Assembly (NCBI GenBank): GCA_902599655.1
Contig: CACKGC010000005.1
Location: forward strand, 3,175-67,174
DNA from: an uncultured Fidelibacterota bacterium
GTDB lineage: Bacteria; Fidelibacterota; Marinisomatia; Marinisomatales; Marinisomataceae
Length of the DNA stretch: 64,000 nt
Reading direction: 5' to 3'
Shown: in pieces, positions 58,122 through 64,000 of the stretch
Layout of the letters: the number at the start of each line of letters is the position of its first letter
Numbering within the stretch: the stretch's first letter is position 1
The notes under the pieces: model-generated
Databases searched by the model: none
Told to the model about the DNA's origin: nothing
What the model saw: the letters and a program-made list of their open reading frames with translations, nothing else
Program-made: the position numbers and the translations under genes

Positions 58122-59801
58122 TTAATTCAAATTTGAGGTGTAGTCAATTCTTAGACCATCTTCAAAAGCTTGCACATATCTACAAACACCGTTTGTACAA
58201 TCTAAACCTCCTCTAACAGATCCGTAAAAGAGTTGTAAAGTATCATCGGAATCAAACTTATAAGAAACACCTATTGACTCCCATGAATTTGATGAATCAA
58301 AGTTATCATTAGTATTATCATTCAATTTTGATTCATCTGCATTCGTTGTTTCAAAAGAAAAATTGAATGTCCAGCTCTGGTTATAGTTGGCTGAAAATGA
58401 GATAAATCTATTTATCTGCTCTTTTTTACTTAATAATGAATGAAATGAATATAAATTGTCAATTCCATCTACATCAGAAATAATTGTTCTCTTGAAACCT
58501 GTTTTGAGTTTTTGATATTCAAACTGAACATCATAGCTCCATTGAGAATTTGTCTTAAAACTTAACAAAAAAGGAAAGGTTTGGGATTTTGTAACTTCAA
58601 AAGATTGAAATTCTGGTCCGTTTGTCAAAACATTAAATACTTTATTTTGAAAATCTATTCCTGTTTTATAGTAAATATCTCCACTGGAGCTATAACCACT
58701 AAACTCTAAATAGGTTTCTTCAAATGGATATGAACTATATTTAGATGATGGAAAGGTAGAATTTTTCTTACTTAGCCAATCTCCATTCCAATTTTGATAC
58801 CAATCTTTTGTACTACTTGACTTTAGATAATTTATGGCAACAATATTATACTCATTTAATGGCCCTGAAATTTGAAGTTCAATTCCAATTTCATCATTCA
58901 AATTTACCTCTTGAGATGTTCTGCTTAGTAAGCGAAATGTATGAAGATAGTAACCAGTTGGAGATCTTTGTACATCAAGAGCATTTCCAAAATTATCTGA
59001 TTGATTATGCCTTATATTAGGATTATTGATATCCATTTTCATTGACCTGTATCCAGTTGTAATTGACCAGTTTTTAAAAAAGTTTGTATTAGATAAATAG
59101 AATCCGGAACCTTGTATATTTTCATCAAAATCTTTTTTTTCAGAATCCTTTCTAACAAACGACAAATAAATATCTCCAGCAGAATAGCTTTTCTCGAACC
59201 TAAAGTTTGATAAACTGTGATGAATATCTCTGCTGTCCTCTTCAACACTTAATATAGATAAACCATAATTAAAACCTGGAAAATTATGATTTATATCAGC
59301 TCCGTAGATAAATTGATCAATGAAATAATTTGGAACTCTTGGGTCATAATTTGCATGACTTGTTATGCTTTTACTAATTGCTAAATCTCCTGCAATTAGA
59401 TTTATCAAAAAATCAGAACTGGAATACTTAAGTCCTAAACCATTTGCACCAGTATCAAAATCTAAATTTTGGTAATCTAACTGATTTAAAATCAATCCTC
59501 TACCCCATGTTTGATAAATATCTCCCAATTCCATTGAGAAATTTTCATTATAATATCCAATTAAATACTTTCTTAAACCTCTTTCATCCAAACCTATCTC
59601 AGGAGGATTGCTATTTTCAAAAGAAAAGATTCCTTCAATCATATAGTTGGTTTTAAATAGTGTAATTTTAGAATCAAGAATTAATTCATTATAATTATAG
59701 TTATTGCTACTATTGCCATAACGAACTTCAAGCTCATTTGAAATATTTATTTGAGAAAATAATGTTGAAAAAAACAATAAATATATTACCTGTTTACTCA
59801 A
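58122..59801 (-). CDS. Putative outer-membrane beta-barrel protein (possibly DUF6029-like)
   Basis: Signal peptide, 559 aa, rich in Y/N/S/F alternating strands. Cys pair CTNGVCRY near the C-terminus. Confidence 0.5.
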   Translation of the reverse strand: MSKQVIYLLFFSTLFSQINISNELEVRYGNSSNNYNYNELILDSKITLFKTNYMIEGIFSFENSNPPEIGLDERGLRKYLIGYYNENFSMELGDIYQTWGRGLILNQLDYQNLDFDTGANGLGLKYSSSDFLINLIAGDLAISKSITSHANYDPRVPNYFIDQFIYGADINHNFPGFNYGLSILSVEEDSRDIHHSLSNFRFEKSYSAGDIYLSFVRKDSEKKDFDENIQGSGFYLSNTNFFKNWSITTGYRSMKMDINNPNIRHNQSDNFGNALDVQRSPTGYYLHTFRLLSRTSQEVNLNDEIGIELQISGPLNEYNIVAINYLKSSSTKDWYQNWNGDWLSKKNSTFPSSKYSSYPFEETYLEFSGYSSSGDIYYKTGIDFQNKVFNVLTNGPEFQSFEVTKSQTFPFLLSFKTNSQWSYDVQFEYQKLKTGFKRTIISDVDGIDNLYSFHSLLSKKEQINRFISFSANYNQSWTFNFSFETTNADESKLNDNTNDNFDSSNSWESIGVSYKFDSDDTLQLFYGSVRGGLDCTNGVCRYVQAFEDGLRIDYTSNLN

Positions 59802-60270
59802 AAATTACCTGCTCAATAATATTTTTAATTTCAACTTCATCTCCAATATTAAAACCTCTTTTTCTATAAATAATTTGATTATTTTTTGTGATTAGAGTTA
59901 ATGGAATTGGTTGAGCATTAAATGATCGCGAAAGTTTTTGATTGTAGTCCATAACGATATGATATTTATTATCAATGGGATATTTTTTTGTATTTACTAA
60001 TCTTTTTACTTTTGCAATTTCACCAGCTTTATCAGTGTTAATTAGGATAACAGATAAATTTTCATAATCTTTAACAAAAACATTAATCTTATCAATTTCT
60101 TTTATACAAGGAAGACACCAAGTAGCCCAAAAACTTATCAAAGTTACTTCACTAGTTAAATTAATTAAATTGCTTGATTGATTATTTAAAAGCTTTACAG
60201 GATAGTTAGGTAGATTATCTTGAGGAAACAAATTGCAAACAAGTAGACAAAATAAAATTATTTTTTTCAT
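59794..60270 (-). CDS. TlpA/ResA-like thiol:disulfide oxidoreductase
   Basis: Signal peptide plus the FWATWCLPC thioredoxin motif. Confidence 0.85.
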   Translation of the reverse strand: MKKIILFCLLVCNLFPQDNLPNYPVKLLNNQSSNLINLTSEVTLISFWATWCLPCIKEIDKINVFVKDYENLSVILINTDKAGEIAKVKRLVNTKKYPIDNKYHIVMDYNQKLSRSFNAQPIPLTLITKNNQIIYRKRGFNIGDEVEIKNIIEQVIFE

Positions 60271-61679
60271 TCAACTTCTGAAAGTGTATGCCTTAACCTA
60301 ATTTGACAGATATCTTTTCCTAATAATAGAATTAAATCAAAAATTCCAGGTCCGAAAGGTATACCACTAAGAGCCACTCTGATAGGTTTCATTACTTGTC
60401 CAATAGCTACATCATGTTGCTCCATTAGATTTTCAAAAATGTTTTCTAGCTCTACCCTGGACCAATTTTCAATTGAGGTTAAAGCGGATTTGAAATCTTT
60501 AATTATTGCAATAGACTTATCATTGTAGGTTTTGCTCAATAAATCAGAATCATAATCTAATTTGTCAGTAAAAAATATTTCAGACATAGATGCAATTTCG
60601 GTAATTGTTTTAGATCTATCTTTTATTAATTTTACAACTTCCTTCAAATATTCCCATTCTAAACCATCTCCCCATCCCGAGTTTAAAGCATAAATTTCAT
60701 TCATTAAATCTCTCACGCTCATTTCTGATAAATGTTGTTGAGAAATCCATAATAATTTCTTTTCATCAAAAACGGCTGATTTTTTTTGTACTTGTTTGAA
60801 TTGAAAGCTATTAATCAGTTCATTTTCATCAAAAATTTCCTTGTCTGAATCTGGATTCCAACCTAAAAGAGATAGATAATTTAATATCACCTTAGAAGTA
60901 AACCCTTTCTCTTTATACTCCTGAACATTGGTTGCTGCATGCCTTTTGCTTAATCTTTTTTTATCAGAACCTAAGATCATTGGTAAGTGTGCAAAAATTG
61001 GAACATCTAACTCTAATGCCTTATATACTAGTATTTGTTTAGGAGTATTTGCTAAGTGATCATCACCTCTGATAACGTGAGAAATTTTCATATCTGCATC
61101 GTCAACTGCTACAACAAAGTTATAAGTTGGCGATCCATCAGAACGAGCAATAATAAAATCGTCTAGATCTTTATTTTGAACCTTTATAGAGCCATATACG
61201 AGATCATTAAATTCGGTTTCACCTTTTGGAACTTTAAGTCTTACAGTAAAAGATTTTCCCTCTTCAATTAATGCTTTTTCTTTTTCAGGAGATAAATTCC
61301 TAAATGTTTGAGGTACACGAAAAATTTCTTTTCTTTGTTCAGACTCTTTTCTGAGGTTATCTAATTCTTCTTTTTGAAGAAAACACTTATAAGCTGTTCC
61401 ATCTTTAAGCATTTTAGCAACCATTTCCTGATGTCTGTCATTATTTTTTGATTGCAAGACAATATCTTCGTCCCAATTTAACCCTAACCACTTTAGCGCA
61501 TCCGTAATTTGATCTATATACTCATCTTTGGAACGTTCAAGGTCGGTATCTTCAATTCTTAAAAGAAATTTACCATTATTTTGTTTAGCAAATAGCCAAT
61601 TGAAAAGAGCTGTTCTGGCGCCACCGATATGTAAATATCCAGTTGGACTTGGAGCGAATCTTACTCGAGGATTCTTCAT
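60267..61679 (-). CDS. gltX: Glutamate--tRNA ligase
   Basis: MKNPRVRFAPSPTGYLHIGGARTALFNWL (HIGH) and KLSKR (KMSKS). The ORF track start at 61790 reads through the tRNA-Ser gene and is rejected. Confidence 0.93.
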   Translation of the reverse strand: MKNPRVRFAPSPTGYLHIGGARTALFNWLFAKQNNGKFLLRIEDTDLERSKDEYIDQITDALKWLGLNWDEDIVLQSKNNDRHQEMVAKMLKDGTAYKCFLQKEELDNLRKESEQRKEIFRVPQTFRNLSPEKEKALIEEGKSFTVRLKVPKGETEFNDLVYGSIKVQNKDLDDFIIARSDGSPTYNFVVAVDDADMKISHVIRGDDHLANTPKQILVYKALELDVPIFAHLPMILGSDKKRLSKRHAATNVQEYKEKGFTSKVILNYLSLLGWNPDSDKEIFDENELINSFQFKQVQKKSAVFDEKKLLWISQQHLSEMSVRDLMNEIYALNSGWGDGLEWEYLKEVVKLIKDRSKTITEIASMSEIFFTDKLDYDSDLLSKTYNDKSIAIIKDFKSALTSIENWSRVELENIFENLMEQHDVAIGQVMKPIRVALSGIPFGPGIFDLILLLGKDICQIRLRHTLSEVE

Positions 61680-61681
61680 TG

Positions 61682-61768
61682 CGGAGGCAAGAGGATTCGA
61701 ACCTCTGAAGGGCTTGCACCCTTGCTGGTTTTCAAGACCAGTGCATTCAACCGCTCTGCCATGCCTCC
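61682..61768 (-). tRNA. tRNA-Ser (anticodon UGA)
   Basis: GGAGGCA acceptor pairs perfectly with TGCCTCC. Anticodon stem-loop CTGGT-CTTGAAA-ACCAG. Long variable arm. T-arm GAGGTTCGAATCCTC. Discriminator G. No encoded CCA. Confidence 0.9.
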
Positions 61769-61916
61769 AAAATTCAATGTAATTTATCAATTATAAATGA
61801 AAATAAAAGATAATTACTATTATATAAGATTATACTTACTTGTCGTTAAAAACTAAATATATTAATTTTTGACTCGAAATTTATTTGCAAAAAAATTAAA
61901 AGGAAACATTGGACTT

Positions 61917-62648
61917 ATGAAAAGACTATTATTATTTATTTTAATCTCAAACATTGCTTTTGGTCAACTTCTCGATCAATCTGAAAAGGAATTAATTCCT
62001 GTAAAAAGATTTGACAATATTGCAACTAGACAAGTAGATGAAAATTTAATTAATCCAACAATCATTTTAAATGCAGGAAAAAGTAATTTTATTTGGAGTG
62101 GTGGATTAAAATTTGGTCCAAAAACTCATAACGGAAAATTGAGATTGTTAAATGGAAATATCAATTTGAACGAGCAGAATATTTCAGGTGATGTCACAAT
62201 CAACATGCTTTCACTAAATAATAGTGAACTTGTTGGAACTTCAAGTGAAAGACTTGTAGGTCATTTAAGAAGTGCTGACTTTTTTGATGTTGAAAAATAT
62301 CCAACTGCAAAACTATCTATTAAGAAAAGTAAAATAATTGAAAAGCTTAGTGACGGAAGATATAAAATGCTGATTGATGGAGATATGACCATAAAATCAA
62401 AAACCAATCCAATATCTTTTGAAGCTATAGTTGATTTAACTTCGGAAATAAAGACTGCTGAAGGAACACTAGTTTTTAATAGAAATGATTTTAATGTTCA
62501 ATATCGTTCTGAAATGCATTTAAATGACCCCAAGTCTTTTTGGAATAAACTTCAAACTACTCGAGATACTGCTAAAGACAAGGTCATTAATGAAGAAATT
62601 GAAATTCAATTTGATGTAGTTTCTATGCCAGGAATGCTATCAAAATAA
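61917..62648 (+). CDS. YceI-family periplasmic protein
   Basis: Start chosen at the signal peptide MKRLLLFILISNIAFGQ. HLRSADFFDVEKYPTAKLSI motif. Confidence 0.8.
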   Translation: MKRLLLFILISNIAFGQLLDQSEKELIPVKRFDNIATRQVDENLINPTIILNAGKSNFIWSGGLKFGPKTHNGKLRLLNGNINLNEQNISGDVTINMLSLNNSELVGTSSERLVGHLRSADFFDVEKYPTAKLSIKKSKIIEKLSDGRYKMLIDGDMTIKSKTNPISFEAIVDLTSEIKTAEGTLVFNRNDFNVQYRSEMHLNDPKSFWNKLQTTRDTAKDKVINEEIEIQFDVVSMPGMLSK

Positions 62649-62671
62649 AAAATTTTGAACACTTTATTATA

Positions 62672-62857
62672 CTAACTAAAGAAACCTTTCATTATCAGAT
62701 AAGGTAAAATTATATAAAGAGTAACATCTCTTATTAAGTAGTACATAAATATGGCTAAGCCTACTTTCCAGCCATATTTCTTAAACATCATCTTAATGGC
62801 TTGTCTTAATCCGGACTCTTTAGTATTTGTACGTAATTCGTGAAGGACTTTGAACAT
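62672..62857 (-). CDS. Hypothetical small membrane protein
   Basis: 61 aa with one hydrophobic helix, GLAIFMYYLIRDVTLYIILPYLI. No family recognised. Confidence 0.4.
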   Translation of the reverse strand: MFKVLHELRTNTKESGLRQAIKMMFKKYGWKVGLAIFMYYLIRDVTLYIILPYLIMKGFFS

Positions 62858-62875
62858 GCGTGAATATAATAAATT

Positions 62876-63394
62876 TTAATAAAGTTTTGAATTTGTAAAA
62901 GGAATTAGAGCTAAAATGATTGCATGAGCATAGTAATCAGTTCTATTAATTAGGTTATCTGTTAAAATTCCAACTGCTCCATTTTTTTGTTTTGAGTTTG
63001 AGCGCTTAAACACGATATCATCAGCATCTCCAAGTTCATAACCCTTTTTGATAAGATTTGAAATTTTCATCGGTAATTGAAAGGTTGCTGTTTTTGCTTT
63101 TCCAACTTTGTTATTATCTGAAATAACAATCCATGCAAAAGCTTCATATTTATTATCAAGCAAATCTACTCCTCCCTCTATAGAAACAAAATAATCAGCT
63201 TCAAGATGTTGGATATTTTGAATTCTATTGGTTGCTCCTTTTAAAGTTTCGTCATTTGACATGGGTTGATCTGAAACCAAAGAATCAGCAGACACTCCTT
63301 CAAATTCAAAACGATCATTAAAGACTTCCTCAAAAGCCTTTTTAGTGGCATTAATTTTTACTGGATTCCTTGATGCTATAAGTACTTTTTTCAT
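62876..63394 (-). CDS. yjjX: Inosine/xanthosine triphosphatase (YjjX/DUF84 NTPase)
   Basis: MKKVLIASRNPVKINATKKAFEEVF N-terminus. 172 aa. Confidence 0.8.
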   Translation of the reverse strand: MKKVLIASRNPVKINATKKAFEEVFNDRFEFEGVSADSLVSDQPMSNDETLKGATNRIQNIQHLEADYFVSIEGGVDLLDNKYEAFAWIVISDNNKVGKAKTATFQLPMKISNLIKKGYELGDADDIVFKRSNSKQKNGAVGILTDNLINRTDYYAHAIILALIPFTNSKLY

Positions 63395-63855
63395 TTGAAA
63401 ATGCTATCAAGCAGTGCTTTTGGCATTCTTAGCGAAACAATAATCCACTTTGCTATCGGAACTGAACCTAGCATACTATTTACTCTTACCCTACTTTTGC
63501 GCATTTTTTTTAATGATTCAGGCTCATTGCTATTATTTATGTCTCTCATCTCTAATACTGGAACAATGGTATGCCCTAAAACCATAGGTATAAAGTTTGC
63601 AGGATTACCTTCGTTATTGGCTTCAAAAATAATAGTTCCAACTATCCCCAAAAAAGAATAAGCTGCTTGGGAAAATAATACATCATTGCTTTGCTTTGCT
63701 AGCGACTTGTTAATAATCTCAGTTTGCTTTTTAATCTCATCTGACAGAATTCCTTTAACTGCCTTATCGTGATCTTCTAAGATGTTTCCCGTTGATGCTT
63801 CTTGAGCTACAGAAAAAGCACTAAATAAGATTAGTATTGTGATATAGTTCTTCAT
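63391..63855 (-). CDS. Hypothetical secreted protein
   Basis: Signal peptide MKNYITILILFSAFSVAQ. 4-nt overlap with yjjX. Confidence 0.5.
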   Translation of the reverse strand: MKNYITILILFSAFSVAQEASTGNILEDHDKAVKGILSDEIKKQTEIINKSLAKQSNDVLFSQAAYSFLGIVGTIIFEANNEGNPANFIPMVLGHTIVPVLEMRDINNSNEPESLKKMRKSRVRVNSMLGSVPIAKWIIVSLRMPKALLDSIFK

Positions 63856-63892
63856 TTTTAGAGTTTAGTATATGCTTACTAAACCTTCAATG

Positions 63893-64000
63893 TTAAAAAT
63901 TCGTTCCAATTTGTGGTGTAGCTTGGGGAAAGTTTTTCTCTTTTAATTGACCAGGACTCATTCTCTCCTTGCACAGCGTATCTAATAGTATCTGATCCAA
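63893..64000 (-). CDS. C-terminal 35 codons of an unidentified CDS that continues beyond the window
   Basis: Open frame on the minus strand from the window edge (LDQILLDTLCKERMSPGQLKEKNFPQATPQIGTNF, then stop at 63893-63895). Confidence 0.3.
   Translation of the reverse strand: MDQILLDTLCKERMSPGQLKEKNFPQATPQIGTNF

Noticed and set aside
61769-61868. Several TATAAT-like hexamers upstream of tRNA-Ser, and TTGACA (41816) upstream of tRNA-Leu, as promoters.
   Set aside because: In DNA this AT-rich, many hexamers resemble -10 boxes. None has a convincing -35 with 16-18 nt spacing together with a sensible distance to the tRNA 5' end, so no specific call is made.
1-64000. CRISPR arrays, rRNA genes, transposases, integrases and IS inverted repeats.
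   Set aside because: No regularly spaced direct repeats of CRISPR size were seen. No rRNA-like conserved blocks were seen. No ORF has transposase or integrase motifs. Intergenic regions are too short to hide them.

Overview
Low-GC bacterial chromosomal segment from a diderm organism, judged by a TonB-dependent receptor, outer-membrane beta-barrels and many signal peptides or lipoproteins. Genes are tightly packed, often overlap by 1-11 nt, and Shine-Dalgarno motifs are common. I cannot assign a lineage from sequence alone. Most of the window is housekeeping: thrS-infC-rpmI-rplT-pheST-zapA-folD, rmuC, leuS, msrA, ald, the nusA-infB-rbfA-truB-ribF-rpsO-pnp array, lepB-rnhB, recA-cinA-pgpA-pgsA-recR-ybaB-dnaX, tadA and gltX. 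Three tRNAs are present: Leu-CAA, Arg-ACG and Ser-UGA. The stand-out region is 19.1-22.3 kb. It is a markedly AT-rich three-gene cassette: a DGQHR/DndB-like ParB-fold protein, a fusion of a McrB-N-like reader domain to a NucS-like PD-(D/E)XK nuclease, and a GIY-YIG nuclease. No methyltransferase, ATPase or integrase accompanies it. Upstream lies an intergenic region with four GATC-centred sites spaced 37-38 bp apart. Immediately downstream is a 28-bp sequence closely resembling dif, the XerC/XerD site, and it sits where gene orientation switches from + to -. I read this as a candidate uncharacterised, probably modification-dependent nuclease defence module beside the replication terminus. It may have been acquired as a Xer-dependent element. 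Other points: the DGQHR gene is split exactly at an in-frame A_AAA_AAG slippery heptamer; dnaX carries an A9 tract at the position expected for tau/gamma recoding; infC starts at ATT; and two tRNA genes end 2-3 nt before the start codons of tadA and gltX, with tRNA-Arg-ACG being the TadA substrate. All family assignments come from motif recognition by eye and no searches were run.
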